Position numbers and translations under genes: made by a program
Origin: Monocercomonoides exilis PA203
Lineage: Eukaryota; Protista; Preaxostyla
DNA: 64,000 nucleotides
Direction: 5' to 3'
NCBI GenBank assembly: GCA_001643675.2
Contig: LSRY02000031.1
Coordinates: forward strand, 868,001-932,000
In this document: one piece after another, positions 27,327 through 38,923 of the stretch
Numbering within the stretch: the first letter of the stretch is position 1
Layout of the letters: each line of letters opens with the position of its first letter
Notes under the pieces: model-generated
Seen by the model: only the letters and a program-made list of their open reading frames with translations
Database searches by the model: none
What the model was told of the DNA's origin: nothing

Positions 27327-30300
27327 ATGTTTCTTTCTGTTTATCTTGTGTGTTTGTTGTCAGCCATTTGTGGCAAAGAAAGAAACGACAAGGTGAGAAA
27401 AGAATATGATGCTTTCCATGTTCGTGGAATGGAAAAGAGTGGTATTTTGGAGAGGAGAAGCGTTGTTCGGATGTTCTGCGAAATACACAACTCGTCAGTT
27501 GAATTGAAAGAGATGTTGCTTGAAAAGCCAGATGATCGTGTGATATTCGAAATAAGAGCAGGATCATTGCTGCAGGTTGAGGGAAGTGTGTTTGTGAGAA
27601 AAAACGAGTTGAATGGGAATTATGTGAGGAATGGAGGGGCATGCTGGCTGATAAACGCGACTTTGGGAATTGGGAATGGTCATAAATGTGGAATGATGGG
27701 GAGTTTGGTGAAGATGGAAGGGAGTGATTTGTCTTCGTTGTTTGTGAAAAACAGTGAGTTTGAGGATATTGTGTTTTGTGAGAGTGGATGCAGTATTTTG
27801 AGAGATGGTTCAGGAAGTTTTGAAGGAATCCAAAATTGCATATTTGCGAACATCTCAAAGAAATATGATGAGACAGAGGAAATACAAACTGGAAAAGAGA
27901 GGATGATGAAGAGGAGTTCAATGGAGGATTGTGATGTTAAACGATCGATGAATGTGCTTGAAGGAGGGATTGTGAGTGGTACAGAAGGATCCGTTGCATT
28001 TTTATGCAACAATTGCACATTTGTTCAGAATGAAAGAATAGATCGGAAAGTGAGAAATACGGATAGAAATACAACAACTCAAACACAGACATTTACGAAT
28101 GCTGAATGGATTGGGTGCAATGCTTCAAGCGGTGGAGCGCTGTATGTGCATGACAATTCGAGTGCAACACTGACAGTTGAGAATTCATCATTTGTGAAGT
28201 GCAATGCGACATCCACAAGAGGAGGTGGAATATTTGCTTTGAAAATTGCAGAATGCACAGTGAAACATTCCACATTTGTTGAGTGCTATTGTGTGTCATC
28301 AAATGATAATGGAGGAGCTGGGGCAGAAATAGAAGGAATGATAATCCAGGTATTTGTTGAAAACTGTTTGTTCAAAGATGGATGGTCCGGAAATGATGCT
28401 GGAGGACTTGGAATTTGGAGTTCAAAAACAAACAAAACAAAAGATTGCGTGTTGAATTGTTTTTTCAAAAATTGCAGCGGACATAATTCAGGAAACGGCG
28501 ATGGAGGAGGTTATATCAGTTGGACTGCAACAGATAAAATTGTTGCTCATAATTGCCTTTTTCAAGGATGCCATACAGTTTGGAGAGGAGGAGCCGTAAG
28601 TATCAGGACGGATGGATATGGTGGAAATCTTTTATTATTTTGCTTTTTCCACAATAACACTGCCATATATGGAAATGATATTTATATTGAAGACAACAGC
28701 ACACATTCCCAAGTCATTTGGTGCTTCTCAACAAGCATAAATGGAAATAGATATTATGCAGGTGGAGATAAAAGCTATTGGCTTCCAAATGAAGGAGGAA
28801 GAAGCAGATTTGTTGCTTCACGAGAGAATCAGACAAATTCAAAAGACACATTCAGCTGTGGGTTGAATGAAAGTTGTGCATGCCTCACCATCAGCCATTG
28901 CCTGTCTCAAATGATTGAGGGTTTTGTGGAGGAAATAAAGGTGTTGAGTGGAACAGTTGCGGAAGGCAAAGGAATTGATGTTGGGGAGAAAACAATCTCT
29001 GTGAATGGAGTTTCATCATCTGGTTCAGCTATTGAAACACAATTTGAAGCAAGTGGGCTGAGTCTGTTTTGTGTTGGAGCAGGGGAATTGACTGTGAGTG
29101 ATTTGTCTGTGGTTCACAACACATTGTTTGAAAATAACCGACAATGCATTCTGTTTGAGGTTGAGGGAAGTGGGTTGATGGATGTGAAGCGAATGAGTAT
29201 TTCGATGGATTCAGCTCATTCGGAAGAGAGGAGCATTCAGAACTCACTTGTGATACTGGAAGGGGGAGAGTTGAAGATGCAAGATGTGAAATGGGAACAA
29301 ACATTCAGCATCACAAGCATGATTTCACTTTCTCAAGAATCATCTGTGACATTGTCTCTGGATAATTGTGTGTTCAGCAACATTGTGAGAACAACAGCAG
29401 GATCATCGCTGATAAGTGTGAGTGAAGGGTCATATTCGATAACACTTGATGGATGCACGATTGATGGGTGTGGGAATGAAGACTGTGAGTTTGGAGGGGG
29501 AATCATGGCTGAAATGGGGAATATTGGTTCATTGAATGTGAAAGGAGGCATTGTGAAGAACTGTTATGCCTCAGCCACTCAAGGGAGAGGAGGAGGGATT
29601 GGGCTGAAAGTGAGAGACACAAGTGCAGAGTTTCTGATTTCATCAGGATTTGAAGGAAACAAAGCCAAATGGGGAAGTGACATTTTTGTGGATTCTATTG
29701 ATCTTGAGTCAACTGCAACAAGTGGGAAGATTGCTTCATTGACTGCTTCATTGGAAACAAAGAGCAAGATGCAGGGATATGAAAATGGGGATGAATCGTT
29801 TCCAATTCCACTGTGTGTCTATTTGTGGAACAACTTTTCTACACCAGCGTTTGTGGGAGGAGGATCATTGAGCCATGATTTCTCGAAGTGTGGATTTGAA
29901 GAGTTTTCGTGTTCATCCATTTTGAAGGCAGTGTCGCTCCATTTTGAAGGGAAGAAAAAGGATGTTGCTCTTCTTGAGCCATTTTCCTTTGAGGAAGAAT
30001 TGGAGTTGATTTCGAATGAATGGAGCATTGCATCCAAAGAGAATGAGATGAAGTGCGATGTTTCTGATCAGAAAGAGGGAGCTCAAAGAGGATTGATTGA
30101 AAACTCGATGCCCGTATCTGTGACTGGCATTGTATTTTCTTTGAAGAAATCGCTGACATTTCATGAAAGTGTGTTTGAGTGTCATTCAGGGAAGCTCGCA
30201 CTGAATGGATGTGGGATGGAAGGAGGCACTGAGCCTATTTCGACAGTGTTTGTGAAGGCTGTTGGAGGGGTTGTGGAGGTGAGTGAGTTCGGATCAGAGA

Positions 30301-33300
30301 ATATGAAAATTGGAGATTCATCGATATTTGTTGTTGAGGGGAATGCAGAAAGTGTGCCTTCGATGAATATGACTCATTGTGATTTTTCCGAAATCACATT
30401 TGGTGATGGGTGTGCTGTTGAGTGCCACGAGGGGATTATTGAAGAGATGTCAGGATGCACATTTTCATCGATCACTCGTTCGAAGGGAAGTGGAGGATGC
30501 ATCAGCATTGTGAACAATGATGATGATAATGATGATGGAAGAGATTACAAAGTGGAAATAAATGACTGCACATTTGAAGGGTGTGCTATAACTGGAGAGG
30601 AGGGAACTGAGATTGGAGGAGGTGCATTCTTTTGTGAGGCATCTTCAAAAACGAATCTTTTGATAAATATGTGTAAGTTTTATTGTTGCAGAGCACCATA
30701 TGAAGAGGGAAGCGTTGGATATGGAGGAGGAATAATGCTGAAGATACTGAAAGAAGAAGCAATATATGTGATATCCTCACTTGTTTTTTCATCTGAGAAG
30801 CCAAACAATGCGAAATATGGGAAGGATCTGTTCATTTCATCTCCATCGCTTGCCAAGAGCATTAAGAACGAAACACTTCCATTTGTGAAAGACAGACTGG
30901 AGATGCTGACAGAAGACTCGATGAGGGGGTATGATGGAGAAAACAAAGAGTGTGCAATCCCTCTGATCTATTTCTGGAAATCTATTGGATCGAGTGTTTA
31001 TATTGCAGAGGAAGGAAACAATGTGGTTGTGTGTGGGTTGTTGGAGTATCCATGCCGATCTGTTGATTATGGAGTGAAGCGAGGGAGTGACTTGGGGATT
31101 GAATTAATTGCAGTTCAGGGGATTTGTGATGTGAGAAATGTGATTGGGATGAATGGAATGAAACTGGAAGGAACAAATGGTGAGTCAGACAAAATCCGAT
31201 TTGCTCAAACAATTGAAGGGAATGGGGATGCTGTTGTTGAATGCAAAGGGGTTGTTCAGTTCGGTGAATTGGGGATTCTGATTCCCAGTTCCTTTGACAA
31301 CGGAGCAAATATCCTCATCCAGACAGGTTCAGAAGCAATCAAAACGAGTGTTGTGAGCTGTTCAATTAATAGGAGTAACAACGTGGAAGATAAGGTGTCA
31401 TTTGTTCTGATCAGTGCATTGAAAGGAATTGTTTCGATTGAAAAGACAGAAATAGCTGGATTCTCAACGATGCATGAGATAATGAGCATATCAGCTGATT
31501 GTGTGACAACCATGAACAATGTGACATTTGAAGATATTTCGTTGAGCGGGAAAAGTGCAATTGCGATGAGTGAAAGTGTGATTCCTGGAAGTGGAAATGA
31601 TAATGCAGAAGAAATGCGGAATATTCTGTTTGAACAATGCACATTTGTGAATGTGAAGCACAATGGGTCAAGCAACCCTTCGTTGCTTTGTTGTGATATT
31701 TCAAATGAAGTGAGATTGAAAATGGAGAATTCGACAATTGATGGGTGTGGATCGACAAGCTCGAATGAAGGAGGAGGGATGTTTTTCCTTCTCAACGAGA
31801 GGGGGAAACTGGAAGTGAATCACACAAATGTGACAGACTGTTTCTGCTCGAACATCGGGAGAGGCGGAGGACTGTTTTTGAAATCGCAGAGTGTCTCACA
31901 GAAGGCATTGCCATTTGTGCTGTCGAACATCACATTCAAGGAGAATGTTGCATCGAAGGGGAGAGATGTGTTTGTGAAGTGCACAGACCTTGACTCGCAG
32001 ATAAGTGAGTCACAGTTCCTGATAAATTTTGGGGAGCCATTTGTGAGGGAGCTGGCGATATGGGGGTGCACAGCAGACAATTATGGGGATGAAGAGGATC
32101 TGCTGAGGAGGGTGTTTGTGTTCAGGAGCGAATTCATATTTGTGTCATCGATTGTGGGGAACAGCAGCGACAGCAAGCAGTGTGGGGAGATGAAGAGCAC
32201 ATGCTGGTCACTGAATGTTGGTGTGAGCCACATCATCCCATCAGATTATTCGCAGCTGCTGATATGGAATGAGACAGAATTGACTGGTTCGTGTTCAGCT
32301 GAGAAGGTGACGATCAAGTCGATGGAGGCGAGCAGGAATGGGGAGATAAAAGTGAAAGAGATTGAACTTGGGAGTGAGGGTGTTGTGAGAACCTCGGAGT
32401 CTGTTCGATTTGAGAAGGTATCATTTGTTTTTGGTGGAATGGGGAATATTGTCTGCTCATGCTTGATACACCAGCTGAATGGATCTCTCATTCTGGAATC
32501 TGTTTCATTCTTGTCAGAGAGCAGAACAGCAGAGAATTCACAGATTATTTTTGACTTTTCTCTGATTGTTGTTGAAGATGGGTTGTTTGAGGCAGAAAAG
32601 TGCAGTGTTGGCCACTTGAAATTCTCAAAGAGTGTATTTGAGATATTGCATTCAGAAAGGGCAACATTTGAGGATGTGGGAGTGGATGATGTGGAATGCA
32701 AGGGTTCGTTGATTGAATGTGGGAAAAGTGAGAAAGTGAGCATTTCGAAGTTTGCAGCCACAAACATTGAGTTGGAAGAAAAGAGTCTGATCTCACTTGG
32801 AAACAGCCACTCATCACTCGTTTTGTCATTGATATTATCATCATTCACAAACATCAGCCGATCAACTTCTGGATCAAGCATTGTTTGCACAAGTCAGCCG
32901 ATGAGTGGATTTGAGATGTGCAACTGCTTGTTTCATGAGTGCACATCAGAGTCATCAAAGGGGAGCCAGGTGGCGATAGCATTGGGGGAGAAGATATTGA
33001 TTGAGTCGTGTGTGTTTGAGGGGAATCTTGTTTCAGGAAGTGAAGGGAATGAGATTTCTGATGAAGTGTGCAAATGGAATGGGTCAGTTGTTGACTTGTC
33101 GAAGAGTGAAGCAGTTGTGAGAGACACCACGATTTGTAACTCATCGAAGGGAGGGATGAGTGTGAGTGGAGGATCTGTGTTAATTGAGGCAGGAAATTTC
33201 AGCAACAACAGTCCTTCGATTGAGAATTACCAATCAGTGAGAAGAAACATTATTTGCTCAAATTCTGCCTCACTGACAATCTCCAGTTTGAAAGGTGGTG

Positions 33301-35096
33301 ATGGAGTGAAAGAAAATTCATCACTTTGGATTCTGAATGAAGGATGCAATTTAGAAGGGATTGTATCTGAAAGAGCATCCCCATTCTTCATTCCAGTGTT
33401 GGAGAGTGTTGAAGCAAAGGAAGTGGGAGAAGAAGTGGAGATTGTGTTCAAAGGGGAGGAGCTGCTGCCATGCGATTTGTCATTCATGGTTGTAAAGCAG
33501 ATTGGAGAAGAAAAGCAGATTGAGCAGCATGAGTTTGGTGAAAGTGGATATGTGTCAGAGACCGAAGTTGAAGGGAGACTGCCAAAAGAGATGATAACGG
33601 AAGCAGGAGAAGGGGTGGAGGTGAGTGTGTGCATTCTGTTTGGAGATGGAAATAATCCATCATCAACAGATTCTTTCATTCTGAAGAACAAGAGCGAATC
33701 AAAAACATATGGAGAAGGAAAGCTTGCTGAAGGAGGAAAAGAAGGGAAATCGTATTGGTTGTTAATTGTTATTGTGATTATCATGACATTTGTTCTTCTA
33801 ATCATTCTGATTGTGGCAGTGATATTGGCTGTCAGATGGAGAAAACAAAAGAGAAGAACAAAAGAGCTGGAGGTGATTGTGGAAGACACAGTGAAAAAGG
33901 ATCCGAAACTGATTGAGATGGTGACGATGGAGATGTCACCTGAGGAACAGTGGAGGAGAGCAGAAAGGGAGGCAGAGAAGAAGAATGAAGAGAGGATAAA
34001 GAAGAGAGTGTATGAGAAAAGCTTGGGGCACTCAGAGTCATCAGAACATCTTTTGAGTGAGAGTGGTTCCACAGAATACATCTTGGGGAAAGACTCTGAT
34101 AAGATTCCTGAGTGGGCATTGGAGAAAGTTGAGGAAGAAGAGATTCGAAAGAGATCACCATCGCCTTCCATTTCATCCACTTCAACAACTGACTCAGATT
34201 CAACATTTGTTCGTGGTGAGGATTTGTGCCCGACCACTTCATCGATGTCAAACTTGGTGGATGCAATGGCATGCTCATCTCCTCATGAGAAGCTGATTGT
34301 GGATTTGAGGGATTCACTGTTCATGCTATTGCATGGAAGGAATGCGAAGAAGGAGATGGCGATTGGCTCGTTGAAGGAGAGGGAGCAAACAGCTGCACAG
34401 GTGTTGTTCTGGGTGGCGAATGGAGCACTCCACTCGTTTGACGAGATGGAAAACCCACTTCAGTCATTGGCCAATCTGAGCCCACACATTGTTCTGTTCT
34501 CAGAACACATGGTGATTTGTATTGTGATGCACTCTGACTTATTGTCAGATGATGATTCAGATTCATCATCCATCTCTTCATCAGCAGTTGTGACATCTGC
34601 CAGTTATGATGATGATGATGAAAGTGACTCCCTTCCCTCATCTGCATTTGAAGAGGATGAGGATGCCTTCAGAAAGGAGTGCCTGAGATGGAAGGCACCA
34701 GAGCTGCAGATGAACAAGAAGATGGGGGCGACGAAGGAGTCGGTTGTGTTCTCGATCGGGATGATGGTGTGGGAGTGTGTGACGCTGGAGATCCCGTTTG
34801 AGGAGTATGAGGGAGTGGTGGCAGGGCAGAAGATAGTGAATGGGGAGCGACCAGACTTTTTGAAGACTGAAGGGAGCAATCTGGGTGGATTGATCATTGC
34901 GTGCACTCGGACAGAAAGTGTGGATCGCATATCTCTGGGAGATGTGAAGAGAGAGCTGATTGGAAACTTTCCTCCAGGAGCAGCGATGCTCACAGTTACA
35001 GATGCATTGGGGCTGATTCAAGAGAGCGAAGACAACGAAAGAGAATCCAAGGAAATTGGAACAGAAGACGAGTCTGAAAATATGAAATTTGAATAA
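27327..35096 (+). CDS. Giant single-pass receptor-like protein: Cys-rich beta-helix (Pmp/pectin-lyase-like) ectodomain, TM helix and degenerate TKL-type pseudokinase
   Basis: 7.8-kb intronless ORF. Signal-like MFLSVYLVCLLSAICG from ATG 27327 (the ORF extends upstream to 27228). Repeated GGA(L/V)/GGG(I/L/M) and FxxN motifs. TM YWLLIVIVIIMTFVLLIILIVAVILAVRW followed by RKQKRR. Kinase C-lobe motifs RWKAPE, SVVFSIGMMVWE..IPF, GERP, but no recognisable GxGxxG, HRD or DFG. Confidence 0.85.
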   Translation: MFLSVYLVCLLSAICGKERNDKVRKEYDAFHVRGMEKSGILERRSVVRMFCEIHNSSVELKEMLLEKPDDRVIFEIRAGSLLQVEGSVFVRKNELNGNYVRNGGACWLINATLGIGNGHKCGMMGSLVKMEGSDLSSLFVKNSEFEDIVFCESGCSILRDGSGSFEGIQNCIFANISKKYDETEEIQTGKERMMKRSSMEDCDVKRSMNVLEGGIVSGTEGSVAFLCNNCTFVQNERIDRKVRNTDRNTTTQTQTFTNAEWIGCNASSGGALYVHDNSSATLTVENSSFVKCNATSTRGGGIFALKIAECTVKHSTFVECYCVSSNDNGGAGAEIEGMIIQVFVENCLFKDGWSGNDAGGLGIWSSKTNKTKDCVLNCFFKNCSGHNSGNGDGGGYISWTATDKIVAHNCLFQGCHTVWRGGAVSIRTDGYGGNLLLFCFFHNNTAIYGNDIYIEDNSTHSQVIWCFSTSINGNRYYAGGDKSYWLPNEGGRSRFVASRENQTNSKDTFSCGLNESCACLTISHCLSQMIEGFVEEIKVLSGTVAEGKGIDVGEKTISVNGVSSSGSAIETQFEASGLSLFCVGAGELTVSDLSVVHNTLFENNRQCILFEVEGSGLMDVKRMSISMDSAHSEERSIQNSLVILEGGELKMQDVKWEQTFSITSMISLSQESSVTLSLDNCVFSNIVRTTAGSSLISVSEGSYSITLDGCTIDGCGNEDCEFGGGIMAEMGNIGSLNVKGGIVKNCYASATQGRGGGIGLKVRDTSAEFLISSGFEGNKAKWGSDIFVDSIDLESTATSGKIASLTASLETKSKMQGYENGDESFPIPLCVYLWNNFSTPAFVGGGSLSHDFSKCGFEEFSCSSILKAVSLHFEGKKKDVALLEPFSFEEELELISNEWSIASKENEMKCDVSDQKEGAQRGLIENSMPVSVTGIVFSLKKSLTFHESVFECHSGKLALNGCGMEGGTEPISTVFVKAVGGVVEVSEFGSENMKIGDSSIFVVEGNAESVPSMNMTHCDFSEITFGDGCAVECHEGIIEEMSGCTFSSITRSKGSGGCISIVNNDDDNDDGRDYKVEINDCTFEGCAITGEEGTEIGGGAFFCEASSKTNLLINMCKFYCCRAPYEEGSVGYGGGIMLKILKEEAIYVISSLVFSSEKPNNAKYGKDLFISSPSLAKSIKNETLPFVKDRLEMLTEDSMRGYDGENKECAIPLIYFWKSIGSSVYIAEEGNNVVVCGLLEYPCRSVDYGVKRGSDLGIELIAVQGICDVRNVIGMNGMKLEGTNGESDKIRFAQTIEGNGDAVVECKGVVQFGELGILIPSSFDNGANILIQTGSEAIKTSVVSCSINRSNNVEDKVSFVLISALKGIVSIEKTEIAGFSTMHEIMSISADCVTTMNNVTFEDISLSGKSAIAMSESVIPGSGNDNAEEMRNILFEQCTFVNVKHNGSSNPSLLCCDISNEVRLKMENSTIDGCGSTSSNEGGGMFFLLNERGKLEVNHTNVTDCFCSNIGRGGGLFLKSQSVSQKALPFVLSNITFKENVASKGRDVFVKCTDLDSQISESQFLINFGEPFVRELAIWGCTADNYGDEEDLLRRVFVFRSEFIFVSSIVGNSSDSKQCGEMKSTCWSLNVGVSHIIPSDYSQLLIWNETELTGSCSAEKVTIKSMEASRNGEIKVKEIELGSEGVVRTSESVRFEKVSFVFGGMGNIVCSCLIHQLNGSLILESVSFLSESRTAENSQIIFDFSLIVVEDGLFEAEKCSVGHLKFSKSVFEILHSERATFEDVGVDDVECKGSLIECGKSEKVSISKFAATNIELEEKSLISLGNSHSSLVLSLILSSFTNISRSTSGSSIVCTSQPMSGFEMCNCLFHECTSESSKGSQVAIALGEKILIESCVFEGNLVSGSEGNEISDEVCKWNGSVVDLSKSEAVVRDTTICNSSKGGMSVSGGSVLIEAGNFSNNSPSIENYQSVRRNIICSNSASLTISSLKGGDGVKENSSLWILNEGCNLEGIVSERASPFFIPVLESVEAKEVGEEVEIVFKGEELLPCDLSFMVVKQIGEEKQIEQHEFGESGYVSETEVEGRLPKEMITEAGEGVEVSVCILFGDGNNPSSTDSFILKNKSESKTYGEGKLAEGGKEGKSYWLLIVIVIIMTFVLLIILIVAVILAVRWRKQKRRTKELEVIVEDTVKKDPKLIEMVTMEMSPEEQWRRAEREAEKKNEERIKKRVYEKSLGHSESSEHLLSESGSTEYILGKDSDKIPEWALEKVEEEEIRKRSPSPSISSTSTTDSDSTFVRGEDLCPTTSSMSNLVDAMACSSPHEKLIVDLRDSLFMLLHGRNAKKEMAIGSLKEREQTAAQVLFWVANGALHSFDEMENPLQSLANLSPHIVLFSEHMVICIVMHSDLLSDDDSDSSSISSSAVVTSASYDDDDESDSLPSSAFEEDEDAFRKECLRWKAPELQMNKKMGATKESVVFSIGMMVWECVTLEIPFEEYEGVVAGQKIVNGERPDFLKTEGSNLGGLIIACTRTESVDRISLGDVKRELIGNFPPGAAMLTVTDALGLIQESEDNERESKEIGTEDESENMKFE

Positions 35097-36296
35097 AAAC
35101 AATGGAAAAACAAAAAAGGGAAGAGAATAATGAATGAATTGAATGACAATTGGGAGATGAGGAGTGAAGCAGAAAGAAGGACAAAGGAAGTGGAAATTGA
35201 AATTGACTGAAAGGTTAAGGAGTTTGCAAAAAAAAAGTGTTTCAAAGAGAATTATTGGAAGGAACATGAATAATGAACAGCTAGAAAAGACAAAGGCAGG
35301 TTCAGCATTGGACAAAATAATCAAAAAAACAAAAAGCCAAATAGAGACAATACTTCCAGAAAGACGATCTTTCATTAATTTGGAAAATATTAATTGATTC
35401 AGGGAAAATGACTGACCCTTTATTTTTGCATGAGGAGCGACTTGCTAACTTAGCGAGTGTTTGAGCAAATGGGAAATGCACACTCAGGGTCAGCTCATTT
35501 TCTGTGATTTTGTTTTTTTTATTGTAACTCCGACTTTTGAATTTTCAACTGCTTTGTGCAGAAACAAATATTGTCATATTCATCATTTTTCACAATCAGA
35601 GTTTTTGTTTGAAATATTTAATTTTTGTGTAGAAATAGACATTATCTTTATTATCATCACTCTTTGTTCAATCTTTGGTTTTCTATTTTGATTAGAAAAT
35701 CTTTTTGTGTATTTTTTTGTTTATCTTATTTGTATATATTCATGCACCTCACCAGAATTATTGTTATTCAGTTATTTGTTTTTCTCATTTCTTTTTTCTA
35801 TCAGCAACTTCCATTTCAATTGTTGCAACATATTATTATTTATTATTCTGTTTTTTATGTTTCCATCTGTCAAAGTCCTGACAAAATAATTTACAAATCA
35901 TTCATTTCAATGTCTTTGATAATAAAATTGAGAAACAGATGACTTGATTTTCTTTGATGCAATAAAATTGAATTCATGAAAAACTTTTTCCATTTCGTTA
36001 AAAAAACGTTTGAACCAGTTTCATGAGAAAGCATTTTTTCCCCTTTCCATCAATGATAATACACCAAAAATTTTTAAAAATGAGAATTTTGCAAACGAAT
36101 TATTATTTTTGCCCCCGAAATAACAATTGAAATGAGTCTGATAAATTTTTATTAGTAATCTCGTTGAATTTTGCAAAAGCCATTTTTTCTCAAATGTTAT
36201 GGCATTGAATTTGTTGATGAAATTGCATCATGAACAAAAATTAAAAAAAAATTTTTTTTTAACATCTCCTCGCACGAAAAATAATGAAAAATAAAA

Positions 36297-38923
36297 TCCC
36301 GGAACCATCTGTTCTCATCGCTCGAGGACGGAGAGCTTTCGCGGCTGGTTGATCTTTCTGATCCGAATGTGGATGTTGTGTTTGTGTCACCGGTGGAGCT
36401 GCCGGCAGATGTGGTGGGGTTTCTGAAAAAGCTTCTTGTGGCCGGAGCAGCACGGCAGTCGTCTCTTCGCTCAACACCTTTATCTTCTTCGTCTTCTTCA
36501 ACTGGAGCAGCACGCCGATCAACTTTGCCATTCCGGAAGCGGAAAAGCGAAGAGAAGAAGGCAGCAGGATATGATAAGCCATTGTCATCACCTGCGATTG
36601 ACCCTTCGGATGCGTCGGTGGTTGCAGCGTCATACGTATCAGCAGCTGCGATGGACTACGTCGAGAGGCGGCTGAAGTGTATGAAAATCACAAGAAGTCG
36701 TTGTTGAGGTAGCAACTTTAAATGCGGGGATATATTGTGGCGTGACGCAGCTGGTTCTGCAGTATGGGGGTGATGTGTGTGTGTTCGATGTGGCGTTTTC
36801 GGAGATGCTTTCGGTTCCTCCGGTGGCACAGCTTCCGTCGCTTGCAGCGTCGGTGGGCACGAAGTCGGGGAGCAAGCGGATCTTTGCAGCGCCAGACGTG
36901 AATGCTTTCCCGTCGATCTATGATCTGTTTGACCAGTCGCTGCAAATATGGCGATCGCAACAGTCGAGAAGTGTGGTGGTGAAGTGATAGGGCGAGCGGA
37001 TGATGTGGGTGGTGCGAGAAAGATAGTGGAGAAGGAGCTGAAGGAAGCGGCACAGAGGATGGAGGATATGGTTCAATCTTATGCGGCGATTGTGCTGGCA
37101 GTGTTTGATGAGCGAGAAGAGGCGGAGGAAGGAGAAAAGGGAGGCAAAGAGGGAGAAGAAAAGGGAGAAGAAGAGGGAGAAGATGGAAGGAGAGATGGAG
37201 GTGATGGGTATGAGGAGAAAGGCGGGTTTCTGACAGCGCACAGAGAGTTTGTGAAAGAATAATAGAGAACCAGGTGAAGCTGGAAGAAGCGAAGGTGCCG
37301 CTGGTTGTGGAGGCACTTGGATTGAGTGAGCTGAGGTTTGTGAAGGCAGAGGTGGGGACAGAGGCGGAGGCTGAGGCTGGTACAAACAAGCAGCATTCAA
37401 TTGAGACTAAAGTGTGCAGATCTTCTACATCTGATGGCATTCAACAGGAGATATCAAGAGCAGAAGAAGAAGCAGTAGACGGGTCTTCGGGCATAACTTC
37501 AGATGGAAGAGAAGAAAATATGGGGAAAGATGAGGAACAGGTGGAAATGTCGAAGAAAGGTTTGGCAACGAATGAGGAAACAGGGAGAGAGGGTGGTTCA
37601 ATTGATTTGGAGAAGGAAGAGGAAGAAGAAAAAGAAGAGAGACAGATTCTGGATGTGTAATCGCTGCTGAGTGTTCCCGCGCACCCGGAGTGTATGACGC
37701 TGGTTGACGAGAGTGCGTATGGGAGCTGGCGGGACTATCTGGTGACGATGACGGTGACAGGGGTGCTGGTGGAGCTGTGTGCGGAGCGGGAGCGGATTAT
37801 TGGGAAGCCGGTTGTGGAAGGGATGATACAGCCGGACAGGACGATGAGCATCATGTTTATTGGGGAGAGGCTGTTTGGTAGGAGAGAGAAGAGAAGAGAA
37901 AAGGAGAGAAGAGAAGGGGGTATGGGTGTGGGTGGGGGTGGGCGTATAGTATGGGATGGAATGTCGTTGCATTTGAGCTTGGACAAGCAGAGAGAGAGGA
38001 TGGACGAGTTTGTTGCGATAGGGGCGGTTGTGCCGCAGGAAAGTGTGCCGTCGATTGCTCTGCGGGATGCGACGTATGCGATTGGGCAAGTGTGCCACGG
38101 GAAAGGGATGATTGGGGTGTTTAGTATTTCGTATTGTGTGTTTGTGGACGAGTGGGAGTCTCTGCGGATGTGTGCGGTGGATCTTTCGGTGGGCCCGCTG
38201 GCAGCGTCGTCGGCGTTCCGGTGGATGTCGTATCTGCTGCAGGGGGGCATCGAGATCGCGTCTGGAAACTCCCTCCTTCCGCGTCGCGGCAGCACAGCCG
38301 CTTTGCATGTGCGTGCTCCGTCCTCTGATTCTGCGCATTCCACCTCTACTCGGCCTCAGGGCTATTCGAGCGGAGCACACAGGTCGGACTAGCCGCGCCA
38401 GGTGGCATGTGCGCAGAGAGTGTCTCCTCAGGCGGCGTGTGGCTCAGCCAGCGCCTCTGCACGGGCGTGTGCCTGCCTCTCTCCAGCAGCGACACGCAGC
38501 TTTGTGATTGTGCAGCCGTTCTACCAGCCGGAGCTGTCGCGTGTGCCGCACGGGCAGTTCTTTTCGAACTGCCAGGAGCACAACATCACGTTTGACTTTG
38601 AGGGGAAGTGCGGTGTTCTGTTCCAGCTGGAGTTGCATCTCATTGCAGGGGTTGTGGGGTTTGTTGCGTGCGAGCGGTCGGTGGAGCTTGCGGCGCGGAC
38701 AGCAGCGCGAGCGCTGGAGACGGTGGCAGTGCAGATGCTGCACTGTGCGTTTGTTTCTGCGCTGAGCTGGGAAGAGAAGAAAAGGATGGAAAAGCTGGTG
38801 AATGTAGAGAATTGGGCTGCGGCAAGATGGACGGAGCTGGGGAGGCTGGCTGGGCTTGGGAGTGGACTTGTGAAAATTGCACGAGAGAAAGGAGATATGG
38901 CAAAGGCTGGTTTAAAAAACTAG
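36297..38923 (+). pseudogene. IQCH: IQCH-like (IQ motif-containing protein H) pseudogene, central and C-terminal part
   Basis: Collinear fragments across frameshifts and stops: LSRLVDLSDPNVDVVFVSPVELP, GTKSGSKRIFAAPDV, YGSWRDYL, PQESVPSIALRDATYAIGQVC..GMIGVFSI, QFFSNCQEHNITFDFEGKCGVLF. These match recalled IQCH motifs. GC-rich; no introns apparent. Confidence 0.75.

Noticed and set aside
27316-35375. Minus-strand ORFs up to 336 aa opposite the receptor gene
   Set aside because: Antisense shadows caused by codon bias; no independent motifs.
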